Counted from the first letter of the stretch, positions 41,583-53,028 are shown. The stretch: 64,000 bases of DNA from Candidatus Mcinerneyibacterium aminivorans (GCA_008086245.1 VSIX01000003.1:1-64000), one strand, 5' to 3'. Numbers and translations are program-made. The notes: generated from the sequence alone by a model not told the origin.

Positions 41583-42908
41583 ATGGTTATGAGAAAGAAG
41601 TTTATCTGGATTACCGTTATCTTTCTATCTATTATAATAGCTCTTGTGATGCTTTATAATAGCTTTAATAAACATAAATCCTATGAGTATTTCCCAGTAA
41701 ATTCCAGGGTAATAATTAAATTTGATAATTATAAAGATTTAATTAAAATTAATTCTTTTTTTTGGAATGAATTTGATCTTGAAAAAATTAAAAACAATTT
41801 TTTCCTCAGAAAATTTCCATATAAAGACTTTTATCTGGTAGTTGATGCTGAAAATTATATATATATATTTTCTGATTTTTCCTTTCTGACAGGATATTTG
41901 GATAAATACGGACAGGTAAATGAAAATATTTTCTGCTATACTAACAATGATGAATTTGAATTAAAAAAAACTAATTATAATGAAAATAATATAAAAAATC
42001 TTATTAACAAGGATAAGGACATTTCTTTTTATCTAAATCTGCAAAATAAAAGGATATTTCCTTTTATTGAAAATAAAGCAATATACGGAGATATCGTATC
42101 TATTCCCGAAAACAACCTAATTAGTTTGAATTATAGTTATGATTATGATTACAAAAATATTCATAAAGTTGAAAGAAAAATTGAACTTTCCAGAATACCA
42201 GATAGATTTGATATGTTTGTTAATATTAACATGAAGAATTTTGAAAACCATTATGCTGATTTAAGAAAATTGTTTAAAAATTCAGTCCTTTTCGAGAGAT
42301 TCTTTAAGTTTAAAAGTGTGATTTATAAAAAAACAGGTATTGATATTGAAAATGATTTATTGGGACTGGTTGATAGCGAGATAGTAGTGGGTATTAAAAA
42401 TAAAAGTGATTATTTTGCTGCAGTAGATGGAGTAGATAAGGACCAGATAGAAAGAATAGAATTTCAGGTCTCAAATAAGTTTCCTTTGAGGTTTGAAACT
42501 GAGATTTACAAAAATAATAAGTACAGAACAATAAATCTTGAAGGAGTTGTAGGTTTTCTTGCTTCCGGGTTGTTTAAAAAGGAATTTGAAAAAATGAAAA
42601 AACCTTATTATTTCATAAAAAATAAAAATTTATATCTTTTTGACAGTTTGGGATTTTTGAGAAATTATTATGATAATATTGATAAGTATAATCTAGAGAA
42701 AGATGATAACTACAGGATGTACCATAGATATTCAAAACATAGAGATGGGAATATTGAATTTTATTTAAATGAGAGATATCTTAATGAACTGTACAAAGAG
42801 AATTTGTTTGGCAAATATTTTAAAAATTATTATGGCAAAATAGATTTTGATAAAAAATCTATTAAAGGATTACTGGTTCTTAAGGCAAAAACTAATATGG
42901 AGGGATAG
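41583..42908 (+). CDS. Hypothetical N/Y/K-rich protein with N-terminal TM anchor
   Basis: 441-aa complete ORF immediately downstream of tRNA-Arg; no recognisable motifs. Confidence 0.45.
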   Translation: MVMRKKFIWITVIFLSIIIALVMLYNSFNKHKSYEYFPVNSRVIIKFDNYKDLIKINSFFWNEFDLEKIKNNFFLRKFPYKDFYLVVDAENYIYIFSDFSFLTGYLDKYGQVNENIFCYTNNDEFELKKTNYNENNIKNLINKDKDISFYLNLQNKRIFPFIENKAIYGDIVSIPENNLISLNYSYDYDYKNIHKVERKIELSRIPDRFDMFVNINMKNFENHYADLRKLFKNSVLFERFFKFKSVIYKKTGIDIENDLLGLVDSEIVVGIKNKSDYFAAVDGVDKDQIERIEFQVSNKFPLRFETEIYKNNKYRTINLEGVVGFLASGLFKKEFEKMKKPYYFIKNKNLYLFDSLGFLRNYYDNIDKYNLEKDDNYRMYHRYSKHRDGNIEFYLNERYLNELYKENLFGKYFKNYYGKIDFDKKSIKGLLVLKAKTNMEG

Positions 42909-42911
42909 AGT

Positions 42912-44111
42912 ATGAATATTTTAATAATTAATGCAGGAAGTTCATCAATAAAATTTCAGTTGATGGATGTGGATAGTGAAGAAACAAAGATAAAAGGCCT
43001 GGTACAAAGGATTAATCAGGATAATCCGGAAATTAGCTGGAAAATCAGGAAAGAAAAATCAAAGAAAAAAATAAACATCGAAGATCATAGAGGAGGATTA
43101 AAAGAGGTTCTTGATCTTTTGGTTGATAAGGAGAACGGGGTTCTGGAAAGCTATGATCAAATTGATGCTGTTGGGCACCGATATGTACATGGAGGAGAGA
43201 AGTTCCAGGATTCTACTCTTATTAAAGATGAACTGATGAAGGATTTCGAAAAGCTAAATCATTTAGCTCCACTGCACAATCCAAATAATTTAGCCGGGGT
43301 AAGAGCAATAAAAGAATTAATCCCTGAAGTTCCTAATGTTGCAGTTTTTGATACTTCTTTTCATTCAAAACTTCCGCCAAAAGCCTATGTTTATCCTTTA
43401 CCTTATGAACTGTATGAAGAAAAAGGTATAAGAAGATACGGCTTCCACGGAACCTCACATCATTATGTATCGATGGAAGCAGCAGATATGATTAATAAAC
43501 CTTATGAAGAAGCAAAAATTATTACATGTCATATGGGTAATGGAATTTCATTTAGTGCAATTGATGGTGGACATTCGGTGGATACTTCTCTTGGTTTTTC
43601 CACTGTATGCGGGATTCCAATGGGAACAAGATCTGGAGATTTTGATGTCGGACTGGTAACTCATTTAATAAAATCAGAGGGATATTCGGTAGATGAAGTT
43701 CATGAAATGATATATAAAAAAAGCGGTCTTTTAGGTGTTTCAGGCATTTCTAATGATGCAAGAGATGTTGAAAAGGCAGCATGGGAAGAGGGAAATGAAA
43801 GAGCACAGCTTGCACTGGATATTTTGCATTATAAAGCAAAGAAATATATTGGATCTTATATAGCAGCAATGAATGGATTGGATGCGCTTGTATTTACCGC
43901 TGGAATTGGAGAAAACGGCTGGGAAAGCAGAGAAGCTATATGTAAAGATATGGAATATTTAGGGATTAAGCTTGATAAAGAAAAGAATAGAGTTCGTGGT
44001 AAAAAGGCCGATGTATCAAAAAAGAATTCACCGGTAAGAATTCTTGCAATCCCCACAAATGAGGAATTAATGATTGCAAAAGAAACTAAGAGGGTAGTAA
44101 ATAACTTATAA
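42912..44111 (+). CDS. ackA: Acetate (or propionate) kinase
   Basis: MNILIINAGSSSIKFQL N-terminus and ASKHA-fold motifs; 399 aa. Confidence 0.9.
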   Translation: MNILIINAGSSSIKFQLMDVDSEETKIKGLVQRINQDNPEISWKIRKEKSKKKINIEDHRGGLKEVLDLLVDKENGVLESYDQIDAVGHRYVHGGEKFQDSTLIKDELMKDFEKLNHLAPLHNPNNLAGVRAIKELIPEVPNVAVFDTSFHSKLPPKAYVYPLPYELYEEKGIRRYGFHGTSHHYVSMEAADMINKPYEEAKIITCHMGNGISFSAIDGGHSVDTSLGFSTVCGIPMGTRSGDFDVGLVTHLIKSEGYSVDEVHEMIYKKSGLLGVSGISNDARDVEKAAWEEGNERAQLALDILHYKAKKYIGSYIAAMNGLDALVFTAGIGENGWESREAICKDMEYLGIKLDKEKNRVRGKKADVSKKNSPVRILAIPTNEELMIAKETKRVVNNL

Positions 44112-44125
44112 AGAAGGAGTGAATT

Positions 44126-45793
44126 ATGTCTGAATATGAAAAAATAAAAAAAGAAAAAAAAGAATGGGAAGAAAAAAAGTTAAATAAATTTCTGGAAAAA
44201 GCTCCTGAAAGAAAGGAAGAATTTAAAAACTCCACAGGTGAAGTAGAAAGAGTTTATACACCGCAGGAAGATATTGAGGATAAATATGTTAATGAAATAG
44301 GTTTCCCCGGACAGTATCCGTTTACCAGGGGGGTTTATCCTACAATGTACAGAGGTAGATTGTGGACAATGAGACAATATGCAGGTTTTGGTACTGCAGA
44401 AGAATCAAATAAAAGATATAAATATCTTCTGGAGCAGGGGCAAACTGGGTTATCGGTAGCTTTTGATTTACCAACACAGATTGGGTACGATTCCGATGAT
44501 GAAATGAGCATTGGAGAAGTTGGTAAGGTGGGAGTTGCTATAGACACATTGAAAGATATGGAGATATTGTTTGATGGGATTCCCCTTGAAAAAGTATCAA
44601 CTTCTATGACAATAAATGCTCCGGCTGCTGTACTTTTGGCCATGTATATAGCAGTTGCTGAAAAACAGGGAGTCAGCAAAGAAAAATTAAGAGGAACCAT
44701 TCAAAATGATATTTTAAAGGAATACATTGCAAGAGGCACATATATATATCCACCGGAATCATCAATGAGATTGATTACAGATATTTTTGAATACTGTTCG
44801 GATGAGGTTCCTAAATGGAATACAATAAGTATTTCTGGATACCATATTAGAGAGGCCGGTTCAGATGCCGTTCAGGAAGTAGCTTTTACAATTGCTGATG
44901 GAATAGAATATGTAAAAAAAGCAATTGAAGCAGGTCTTGATGTGGATAAGTTTGGAAGAAGATTGTCGTTTTTCTTTAACGCACATAATGATTTACTGGA
45001 AGAAGTTGCCAAATTCAGAGCAGCACGAAGGATTTGGGCTAAGGTTATGAAAGAAAAATTTGATGCAAAAAAGGAAAAATCAATGAGATTGAGATTCCAT
45101 ACGCAAACTGGAGGTTCTACATTAACGGCACAGCAGCCCGATAATAATATAGTTAGAGTAGCAATTCAGACACTTGCAGCTGTATTGGGAGGCACACAGA
45201 GTTTGCATACGAATTCAAGGGATGAAGCTTTATCTCTTCCAACCGAAGATTCTGTTCGAATAGCTCTCAGGACACAGCAAATAGTTGCCCATGAATCAGG
45301 TGTAACAAAAACTATTGATCCTCTAGCAGGCTCTCATTATGTTGAAAAATTAACAGATGAGATTGAAGAGCAGGTTTGGGAATATATTGATAAAATTGAG
45401 GAACTGGGTGGAATGACCAAAGCAATTGAAAAAGGTTATGTTCAAAAAGAGATTCAGGATTCAGCTTATGATTATCAAAAGGAAATTGAAAATAAAGAAA
45501 GAATAGTAGTTGGTGTTAATAAATATCAGATAGATAAAGAACCTGAAAGCGATATATTAAAGGTTAACCCAAAACTTAGGGAAGTTCAGATTGATAGAAT
45601 TGAGAAGGTAAAGAAAAAAAGAGATAGCAAAAAAGTTGAACAAAAATTAGCAGAACTGAAAAATGCAGCCGAAGGCAGCGATAATCTTATGCCTTATATT
45701 ATTGATGCAGTTAAAGAATATGCAACTCTTGGTGAAATTTGTAATACATTAAGAGATGTTTTCGGTGAATACGAAGAATCTATTGTTCTTTAA
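44126..45793 (+). CDS. mcmA: Methylmalonyl-CoA mutase, large catalytic (substrate-binding) subunit
   Basis: 555 aa with the TIM-barrel MCM motifs ([30 protein letters not shown]...); lacks the B12 domain, which is encoded by the next gene. Confidence 0.85.
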   Translation: MSEYEKIKKEKKEWEEKKLNKFLEKAPERKEEFKNSTGEVERVYTPQEDIEDKYVNEIGFPGQYPFTRGVYPTMYRGRLWTMRQYAGFGTAEESNKRYKYLLEQGQTGLSVAFDLPTQIGYDSDDEMSIGEVGKVGVAIDTLKDMEILFDGIPLEKVSTSMTINAPAAVLLAMYIAVAEKQGVSKEKLRGTIQNDILKEYIARGTYIYPPESSMRLITDIFEYCSDEVPKWNTISISGYHIREAGSDAVQEVAFTIADGIEYVKKAIEAGLDVDKFGRRLSFFFNAHNDLLEEVAKFRAARRIWAKVMKEKFDAKKEKSMRLRFHTQTGGSTLTAQQPDNNIVRVAIQTLAAVLGGTQSLHTNSRDEALSLPTEDSVRIALRTQQIVAHESGVTKTIDPLAGSHYVEKLTDEIEEQVWEYIDKIEELGGMTKAIEKGYVQKEIQDSAYDYQKEIENKERIVVGVNKYQIDKEPESDILKVNPKLREVQIDRIEKVKKKRDSKKVEQKLAELKNAAEGSDNLMPYIIDAVKEYATLGEICNTLRDVFGEYEESIVL

Positions 45794-45806
45794 ATAAGGA
45801 GGAAAA

Positions 45807-46214
45807 ATGTCCGATAAAAAAATTAGAATATTAATAGGAAAACCGGGACTTGATGGTCATGACAGAGGAGCAAAATATATAGCCAGAGCATTAAAAGATG
45901 CCGGTTATGAAGTTATCTATACCGGTCTCAGACAAACACCTCAATCTATTGTAAATACTGCTATTCAGGAAGATGTGGATTTTGTAGGATTGAGTTTGCT
46001 TTCAGGAGCTCACAATTCTCTATTTCCCAAAATAGTAGAATTGCTGAAGGAAAATGATGCTGAAGATATTATTGTTTTTGGGGGAGGAGTAATTCCTGAA
46101 GATGATATTCCGAATTTGAAAAAACAGGGAGTTGAAGAGATATTTACTCCGGGAACTCCTATAAAGGATGTAGTTGATTTTATTGAATCCAAGAGAGAAA
46201 AAGTGGGAAAATAA
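45807..46214 (+). CDS. Methylmalonyl-CoA mutase small subunit, cobalamin-binding domain
   Basis: DxHxxG B12-binding motif (LDGHDRGA); 135 aa. Confidence 0.85.
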   Translation: MSDKKIRILIGKPGLDGHDRGAKYIARALKDAGYEVIYTGLRQTPQSIVNTAIQEDVDFVGLSLLSGAHNSLFPKIVELLKENDAEDIIVFGGGVIPEDDIPNLKKQGVEEIFTPGTPIKDVVDFIESKREKVGK

Positions 46215-46220
46215 ACAGTC

Positions 46221-47177
46221 ATGGATATAGAAAATAAAATATTAGAAGGTAGCCCGAGGCATTTAGCCCGGGCTATTTCTATGGTTGAAAATAACAGTCC
46301 GCAAAAAGAAGAAATTATTGATGCACTCTATCCCAAAACGGGTAATGCACTTATTATAGGCGTTACAGGATCTCCCGGTTCTGGAAAAAGTACTTTGGTT
46401 GATAAAATACTCAAAAATGAGTTAAAAAAGGACCAAAAAATTGGGGTGATTGCTGTGGATCCTTCCTCCCCATTTTCAGGAGGTGCTTTATTAGGAGACA
46501 GAATCAGAATGCAGAAACATTCAGGAAACCCCAATATTTTTATAAGATCAATGGCTTCCAGGGGACATCTCGGAGGTATTTCAGCCGCCACATCTGATGT
46601 GACCAAATTGCTGGATGCAGCTGGATACAATTTAATAATAATAGAAACAATCGGGGTTGGACAAACAGAAGTTGAGATTATTGAATTAGCTGATATTATA
46701 CTGCTAACGATGGCTCCCGGCATGGGAGATGACATTCAGGCAATGAAAGCCGGAATAATGGAAATAGGAGATGTTTTTGTAGTAAATAAAAAGGATAAAG
46801 ATGGAGCAGATAAAGTTAAAAAAGAATTGGATTATGTTCTGGATATTAAATATCATGATAATCCTGAAAATAAAAATCCTATAAAAATGGTCTCTGCGTT
46901 AAATAATGAAGGTATAGAAGAATTGATGAATTCTGTTTATAATTATATAAATAAACTCAAGAAACAGGGGAAATGGGAAGATAAAAGAAAAACAAAAATA
47001 AAGAAGGAATTAAAAAAAATATTTAGCAAAAAAATACATGAACTTATGGACATTCATATAAATTATACTGAAAAATTGGATGACTGGGTTAAACTTCTTA
47101 TGAACAAAGAGGAGAAGCCCTATAGTTTGATAAATAAAGAATTAAAATCTTTTATAAAGGAGAGTGAAATATTATGA
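46221..47177 (+). CDS. meaB: Methylmalonyl-CoA mutase-associated G-protein chaperone MeaB/ArgK
   Basis: P-loop GVTGSPGSGKST, NKKD G4 motif; 318 aa. Confidence 0.85.
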   Translation: MDIENKILEGSPRHLARAISMVENNSPQKEEIIDALYPKTGNALIIGVTGSPGSGKSTLVDKILKNELKKDQKIGVIAVDPSSPFSGGALLGDRIRMQKHSGNPNIFIRSMASRGHLGGISAATSDVTKLLDAAGYNLIIIETIGVGQTEVEIIELADIILLTMAPGMGDDIQAMKAGIMEIGDVFVVNKKDKDGADKVKKELDYVLDIKYHDNPENKNPIKMVSALNNEGIEELMNSVYNYINKLKKQGKWEDKRKTKIKKELKKIFSKKIHELMDIHINYTEKLDDWVKLLMNKEEKPYSLINKELKSFIKESEIL

Positions 47178-47575
47178 TTGAAAAAATTGATCATATTGGT
47201 ATTGCTGTGAAATCACTTGAAAAGCATCTACCTTTCTATACTAAGATACTGGGACTGGAATTAATAGGAAAGGAAGAAATAGAAGATCAAAAGGTAAAAG
47301 TAGCAATGATAAAAGTAGGGAATGTTAAAATTGAATTGTTAGAACCTACAGTTGATGATAGCCCTATTGCAAAGTTTATCGATAAAAGAGGGGAAGGAAT
47401 GCACCATATAGCATATCATTCAAATGATATTAAAAAGGAAATTAAAAATTTGAAAGAAAATGATATTAGAATGATTGATAAGAAGCCAAGAGAAGGTGCC
47501 CATGGGACAAAGATTGCATTTGTTCATCCAAAATCTTCTGGAAAAGTATTAACTGAAATATGTGAAAATGAATAG
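47174..47575 (+). CDS. mce: Methylmalonyl-CoA epimerase (VOC/glyoxalase fold)
   Basis: IDHIGIAVKSLE N-terminus; 133 aa; cluster context. Confidence 0.8.
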   Translation: MIEKIDHIGIAVKSLEKHLPFYTKILGLELIGKEEIEDQKVKVAMIKVGNVKIELLEPTVDDSPIAKFIDKRGEGMHHIAYHSNDIKKEIKNLKENDIRMIDKKPREGAHGTKIAFVHPKSSGKVLTEICENE

Positions 47576-47587
47576 GAGGAAAAAAAT

Positions 47588-49138
47588 ATGACAATGGAAA
47601 GAAAAATTCTTGAACTTAAGGAAAAAATTGAACAGGCAAAGATGGGCGGTGGACAGAAAAGAATTGACAAACAACATAAAAAAGGGAAATTAACTGCCCG
47701 TGAAAGAATTCAGTATCTTCTTGATGAAGGTAGTTTCGAAGAAATTGATATGTTTAGAGAACATCAGTGTCATGAATTTGGGATGGAAAATAAAAAGATG
47801 CTTGGTGATGGAGTAGTTACTGGATATGGAACAATTGATGGAAGATTGGTTTATCTTTATGCATTTGATTTTACAGTTATTGGGGGATCTCTTTCAAAAA
47901 CTGTATCAAATAAAATTGTGAAAGTAATGGAAATGTCAGCCAAGATGGGGGCACCAATAATAGGCTTAAATGATTCCGGTGGTGCAAGAATACAGGAAGG
48001 TATAGACGCTTTAAGCGGATACGCAGCTATCTTCCAGAGAAATGTATTATATTCAGGTGTTGTTCCACAAATTACAGGAATTGTGGGTCCGTGCGCAGGC
48101 GGAGCTGTTTATTCTCCTGCTTTAACTGATTTTATTTTTATGAAGAAAGAAACATCTTTTATGTTTATTACGGGTCCGAGAGTGGTTAAAAGTGTTACAC
48201 AGGAAGATGTAACCCATGAGGAGCTCGGTGGAGCTATGGTTCACGCTACAAAAAGTGGGGTTACACATTTTACCTACGAGGATGAAAAAGAATTATTGGA
48301 TGGAATTAGAGAATTAATTACATATATACCTCAAAACAATATGGAGGAACCTCCTGAAGTTAAAACTGAAGATCCCGTTGATAGAATAGATGAAGATTTA
48401 AATTATATAGTTCCCGATAATCCAAATAAACCTTATGAAATGAAAGATATTATAACAAAAGTAGTTGATGATGGTGAATTTTTTGAGGTTCAGGAATTAT
48501 ATGCACCAAATATTATAATAGGTTTTGGTAGACTCGGCGGAAAAAGTGTTGGTATAGTTGCAAATCAGCCGAAACATCTGGCGGGAGTGCTGGATATTGA
48601 TGCTTCAGTTAAAGCTGCCAGATTTATAAGATTCTGCGATAGCTTTAATATTCCCGTAGTAACTTTTGAAGATGTTCCCGGATTCATGCCCGGAACAAAA
48701 CAGGAATATGGAGGAATAATTAGACACGGAGCTAAATTAATGTATGCCTATGCCGAAGCTACAGTTCCAAAAATAACTGTAATAACAAGAAAAGCTTACG
48801 GCGGAGCTTACTGTGTTATGAATTCAAAGGAATTAAGAGGTGACATGATTTTTGCTTGGCCATCTGCTGAAGTAGCAGTTATGGGTCCAAAAGGTGCCAG
48901 TCAAATAATATTTAGAAAAGAAATAAAAAATGCGGATGACCCTGAAAAGAAACTACAGGAAAAAATTGATGATTATAGAGAAAAATTTGCCAATCCCTAT
49001 GTTGGAGCATCTAAGGGATATATAGATGAGGTTATTGAACCCAAAGTTACAAGATATAAACTTATAAAATCTTTGAAAATGCTTGAAAACAAAAGAGATG
49101 AAAATCCAAGCAAAAAACATGGTAATATTCCCCTGTAG
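47588..49138 (+). CDS. mmdA: Methylmalonyl-CoA decarboxylase alpha subunit / propionyl-CoA carboxylase beta-type carboxyltransferase
   Basis: 516 aa; N-terminus ...[22 protein letters not shown] typical of the family; two crotonase-like carboxyltransferase halves. Confidence 0.85.
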   Translation: MTMERKILELKEKIEQAKMGGGQKRIDKQHKKGKLTARERIQYLLDEGSFEEIDMFREHQCHEFGMENKKMLGDGVVTGYGTIDGRLVYLYAFDFTVIGGSLSKTVSNKIVKVMEMSAKMGAPIIGLNDSGGARIQEGIDALSGYAAIFQRNVLYSGVVPQITGIVGPCAGGAVYSPALTDFIFMKKETSFMFITGPRVVKSVTQEDVTHEELGGAMVHATKSGVTHFTYEDEKELLDGIRELITYIPQNNMEEPPEVKTEDPVDRIDEDLNYIVPDNPNKPYEMKDIITKVVDDGEFFEVQELYAPNIIIGFGRLGGKSVGIVANQPKHLAGVLDIDASVKAARFIRFCDSFNIPVVTFEDVPGFMPGTKQEYGGIIRHGAKLMYAYAEATVPKITVITRKAYGGAYCVMNSKELRGDMIFAWPSAEVAVMGPKGASQIIFRKEIKNADDPEKKLQEKIDDYREKFANPYVGASKGYIDEVIEPKVTRYKLIKSLKMLENKRDENPSKKHGNIPL

Positions 49139-49147
49139 GAGGAAAAA

Positions 49148-49534
49148 ATGTTATTAAAAATTGTACAAAATATTAACAGTGTTGAGCCAAACGGTTTTAA
49201 AGTTGCCCTCAATGGAATAATAACAGTATTTATAGGGTTGATTTTGATAGCTTTTTCAATTTGGCTTTTTAATGTAATTTTTAAATATTTTGGAAATAGA
49301 AAAAAAGAAGATATAAAAATACCCGGCAAAGGGATGGATGTTTCCAAAGCACAGGAAAAAATACATATAAAGAAGAAAAAGGTAGATGATGATACTCTTA
49401 TTGCAATAGCAACCGCACTGGAACTGTATCAGAGATTACATATTGAAACCCTTCAGAGTAAGATTACCTTTAAAAGTGGAAAACAGAAATCAAACTGGAA
49501 GCTGGGCTATAAAGTTGGACACAGAGATAATTAA
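49148..49534 (+). CDS. Small membrane-anchor subunit of the Na+-decarboxylase (MmdD/OadG-like)
   Basis: 128 aa; single N-terminal TM followed by a charged region, sandwiched between the carboxyltransferase and biotin-carrier genes as in Veillonella mmdADECB. Confidence 0.5.
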   Translation: MLLKIVQNINSVEPNGFKVALNGIITVFIGLILIAFSIWLFNVIFKYFGNRKKEDIKIPGKGMDVSKAQEKIHIKKKKVDDDTLIAIATALELYQRLHIETLQSKITFKSGKQKSNWKLGYKVGHRDN

Positions 49535-49543
49535 GGAGGACAA

Positions 49544-49978
49544 ATGAAAGACATAGTATTAGAAATTAATGGTAAAGAATATAAAGTAAAGATAAATTCT
49601 TTTGGATCGGAAAAAGCAAAGCTTACTGTTAACGGAGAAGAATATGAAGTAGGACTAAAAGACCTTGGTATAAGAGAGATTTCGGAAGTGGAGTCAAGAC
49701 CAAGGCCTAAACCAAAAGCAAAGAAAAATGAGCAAAAAGCAAAGAAGCCCGATTCGACACCAAGTTCCAAAAAAGTTAAAGCTCCCCTTCCAGGTCTAAT
49801 TCTTGAAATACAGGTAAAAGAAGGAGATGAAGTAAAAGCTGGACAGGATATTCTGGTTATGGAAGCAATGAAAATGGAAAATGAAATTCAATCTAATCAG
49901 AGCGGTATAGTAAAGTCTATAAAGGTAGAAGAGGGCGACAATGTTTATGAAGGTGACGTATTAATAGAACTTGAATAA
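49544..49978 (+). CDS. mmdC: Biotin carboxyl carrier subunit (biotinyl domain)
   Basis: E-A-M-K-M biotinyl-lysine motif (VMEAMKMENEI); A/P/K-rich linker; 144 aa. Confidence 0.85.
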   Translation: MKDIVLEINGKEYKVKINSFGSEKAKLTVNGEEYEVGLKDLGIREISEVESRPRPKPKAKKNEQKAKKPDSTPSSKKVKAPLPGLILEIQVKEGDEVKAGQDILVMEAMKMENEIQSNQSGIVKSIKVEEGDNVYEGDVLIELE

Positions 49979-49993
49979 TTTGGAGGGTAAATA

Positions 49994-51127
49994 ATGGATA
50001 TATTAATTAATGTAATAAATCGAACAGGCTTCGCTGAAATGCAGCTTGGTAATGTAATAATGGTGGTTATAGGCCTTATTGCTATTTATCTTGCTATTGC
50101 AAAAAAATACGAACCTTTATTGTTGCTTCCAATTGGATTTGGTATAATTTTAGGCAATATTGCATACCCCGAAGGATTACCACTTGGAGTTTATGATGAG
50201 GGTAGTGTCTTTAGTATAATTTATATGCTTGTTAGGGAGGGAGTATTACCTCCTTTGATATTTTTAGGAATTGGAGCAATTACCGATTTTTCAACTTTAA
50301 TATCAAATCCGAAATCTGTACTTCTGGGAGCAGCTGCTCAGGTTGGTATTTTTACAACTTATCTGGGAGCACTTGCACTTGGTTTTAGCGGGAAAGCTGC
50401 AGCTTCTATAGGAATTATCGGCGGTGCAGATGGCCCTACATCGATATTTTTATCTTCACAGCTTGCTCCGGAACTTCTCGGTCCGATTGCAATAGCAGCC
50501 TATTCATATATGGCTCTTGTACCCGTTATTCAGCCGCCATTTATGAAATTGTTAACAACCAAAAAAGAGCGGGTTATTAGAATGAAACCTCCAAGAAAGG
50601 TTTCTAAAATAGAAAGAATAGCATTTCCGATAATGGCAGTATTAATAGCTACATTAATTGCTCCAGGAGCATTGCCACTTGTAGGAATGCTTATGTTTGG
50701 TAATTTGCTTAAAGAATCCGGAGTAACAGATAGATTAGCTAAAACAGCAGGAAATGCATTGCTGGATATAGCAACTATTCTCCTGGGATTTGCAGTTGGG
50801 GCAAGTACTCAGGCTGATAAATTTTTAAGGGTTACTTCTTTGAAGATATTTGGTCTCGGGGTTCTGGCTTTTTCAATAGCAACAATCTGCGGACTTCTGT
50901 TTGCAAAACTCATGAATTTTTTCATGAAGGATAAAATAAATCCACTGATTGGTGCTGCTGGTGTATCTGCTGTACCGGACTCAGCGAGAGTAGTTCAGCA
51001 TTTTGCACGCAAATATGATAAGGATAATCATTTATTGATGCATGCTATGGCTCCAAATGTAAGTGGGGTTATCGGTTCTGCAATTGCTGCCGGTGTTTTC
51101 TTAACATTATTCAGAGGATTAATTTAA
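49994..51127 (+). CDS. mmdB: Na+-translocating decarboxylase beta subunit (OadB/MmdB family)
   Basis: 377 aa polytopic membrane protein; AIAKKYEPLLLLPIGFG N-terminal motif characteristic of OadB/MmdB. Confidence 0.85.
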   Translation: MDILINVINRTGFAEMQLGNVIMVVIGLIAIYLAIAKKYEPLLLLPIGFGIILGNIAYPEGLPLGVYDEGSVFSIIYMLVREGVLPPLIFLGIGAITDFSTLISNPKSVLLGAAAQVGIFTTYLGALALGFSGKAAASIGIIGGADGPTSIFLSSQLAPELLGPIAIAAYSYMALVPVIQPPFMKLLTTKKERVIRMKPPRKVSKIERIAFPIMAVLIATLIAPGALPLVGMLMFGNLLKESGVTDRLAKTAGNALLDIATILLGFAVGASTQADKFLRVTSLKIFGLGVLAFSIATICGLLFAKLMNFFMKDKINPLIGAAGVSAVPDSARVVQHFARKYDKDNHLLMHAMAPNVSGVIGSAIAAGVFLTLFRGLI

Positions 51128-51143
51128 TATAAATAAGATAAAA

Positions 51144-51172
51144 GGATGGAGAGTATTCTCCATCCTTTTTTA
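51144..51172 (+). terminator. Intrinsic terminator after mmdB
   Basis: GGATGGAGA-GTAT-TCTCCATCC followed by TTTTTTAT. Confidence 0.65.
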
Positions 51173-51284
51173 TCAAATTAAATTATATAGATTTGTTGGT
51201 TACAATTTAATTTATTAATCAAGAGTATATTCCTGGTTATCAATCAATAATATATATTATTACTTAATAAGGAGGTTTATTTCC

Positions 51285-51704
51285 ATGAAGTCTGACCGAA
51301 TTAAAATTTATGAAAAAAACATCGCGGCGGATGATTTTATAGATTTGAGAAAAGAAGTAGGCTGGAATTGTGTAGAAAAAAAATATATAAAACATGCTTT
51401 AAAAAACAATTTATTTTCTGTACATGCAAGAATTGGAAATAGAATAGTGGGTTACGGTAGGGTTATTGGGGATAATGGTTTTACCTTCTATATTCAGGAT
51501 ATGATGATTAGACCTGATTATCAGAAAAAGGGTATAGGAAGAAAACTGATGATTAGAATAATGGACTATTTGAAAAAAAACTGTCCAAAGGGAACAATGA
51601 TTTGCTTGATGGCTGCTAAAGGAAAAGAAGGGTTTTATAAAAAATTTGGGTTCAATGAAAGACCTAATGAAGATTACGGTCCAGGCATGATTAAATTACT
51701 TTAA
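51285..51704 (+). CDS. GNAT-family N-acetyltransferase
   Basis: Acetyl-CoA-binding motif QKKGIGRKLM; 139 aa. Confidence 0.7.
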   Translation: MKSDRIKIYEKNIAADDFIDLRKEVGWNCVEKKYIKHALKNNLFSVHARIGNRIVGYGRVIGDNGFTFYIQDMMIRPDYQKKGIGRKLMIRIMDYLKKNCPKGTMICLMAAKGKEGFYKKFGFNERPNEDYGPGMIKLL

Positions 51705-51943
51705 AATTTATAAACGATTTTAGAGCAGTAATAATACGATCAAAAATAAAATTAAAAAATAATATTATAATAAACAAACAAAATATTTAAATATTTTTAA
51801 AATAATGATACTAAATCAAAATTTTTATTCTTCATTTTTAATTGAAAAGTCAGCATTGCTGACTTTTCCCGGCTTGATGAATTATTTATCTTTATTATAA
51901 TGTATTATAAGTGTTTTTCTCTATAAAAACTAAAGGAGGCTTT

Positions 51944-52993
51944 ATGGACAAAAAGTTATTAGATTTATTGAAAGATGAAAAAGAGTATCTACTCGAACAT
52001 GAATGTAAAACAATTCCAAAAAAAAATTTACACCTTCCGGGACCGGATTTTATCGATCGTGTGGTAACAAATACTGATAGGAAACCGGCCGTACAGAAGA
52101 ATCTTCAAGCAATCTTTGATCATGGGAGATTAGGTGGAACCGGATATTTATCACTTCTACCTGTGGACCAGGGAATTGAACATTCAGCCGGTGCTTCTTT
52201 TGCTCCAAACCCTATTTATTTTGATCCCGAAAATATTGTTAAGCTTGCTATTGAAGGGGGCTGTAATGCTGTTGCTTCTACTCTTGGTGTGCTGGGGTCT
52301 GTATCAAAAAAATATGCTCATAAAATTCCTTTTTTGGTAAAGTTAAATCATAATGAACTTTTAAGCTATCCCAATGATTATGATCAGATACTTTTTTCCA
52401 GTGTTGACCAGGCATTCAATCTTGGAGCAGCTGCCGTAGGAGCAACAATTTACTATGGCTCAAAAGAAAGTAACAGACAGATACAGGAAATAGCAAGGGC
52501 TTTCGAATATGCACATGAGCTTGGAATGGTAACAGTGCTCTGGGCTTACTTAAGGAATATGGAGTTTAAGCGTGATAAAGACTATCATAAATCTGCTGAT
52601 TTAACCGGTCAGGCAAATCACCTAGCTGCAACTATAGAAGCAGATATTGTAAAACAGAAACAACCAGAAAACAATGGAGGATATAACGCTATAGATTTTG
52701 GTAAAACACACAGAAAGGTTTATGAGGAATTGACAAGCGATCATCCAATTGATTTGACCAGATATCAGGTTGCAAACTGCTATATGGGGAGAGTGGGTTT
52801 AATAAATTCCGGCGGTGCATCAGGAGATAACGATATGCAGCAGGTAATTAGAACTGCTATAATTAATAAGAGAGCAGGGGGAATGGGGCTTATTACCGGA
52901 AGAAAATCTTTTCAAAAGCCCATGAAAGATGGAATTAAAATTTTAAATGCAATTCAGGATGTATATAAATCTGATGAAATTACTGTAGCATAA
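51944..52993 (+). CDS. fbaB: Class I fructose-bisphosphate aldolase (FbaB/DhnA type)
   Basis: Collinear with my recollection of E. coli FbaB along its whole length ([23 protein letters not shown]..., [48 protein letters not shown]); AAAGGAGG RBS places the start at 51944, not the track's 51911. Confidence 0.8.
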   Translation: MDKKLLDLLKDEKEYLLEHECKTIPKKNLHLPGPDFIDRVVTNTDRKPAVQKNLQAIFDHGRLGGTGYLSLLPVDQGIEHSAGASFAPNPIYFDPENIVKLAIEGGCNAVASTLGVLGSVSKKYAHKIPFLVKLNHNELLSYPNDYDQILFSSVDQAFNLGAAAVGATIYYGSKESNRQIQEIARAFEYAHELGMVTVLWAYLRNMEFKRDKDYHKSADLTGQANHLAATIEADIVKQKQPENNGGYNAIDFGKTHRKVYEELTSDHPIDLTRYQVANCYMGRVGLINSGGASGDNDMQQVIRTAIINKRAGGMGLITGRKSFQKPMKDGIKILNAIQDVYKSDEITVA

Positions 52994-52996
52994 ATA

Positions 52997-53028
52997 AAAA
53001 GCCCTGCATTTCAGGGCTTTTTATTTTT
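52997..53028 (+). terminator. Intrinsic terminator after fbaB
   Basis: GCCCTG-CATTT-CAGGGC followed by TTTTTATTTTTT. Confidence 0.65.

Noticed and set aside
46328-46735. Minus-strand 135-aa ORF inside meaB
   Set aside because: It is antisense to the P-loop GTPase and has no independent support.
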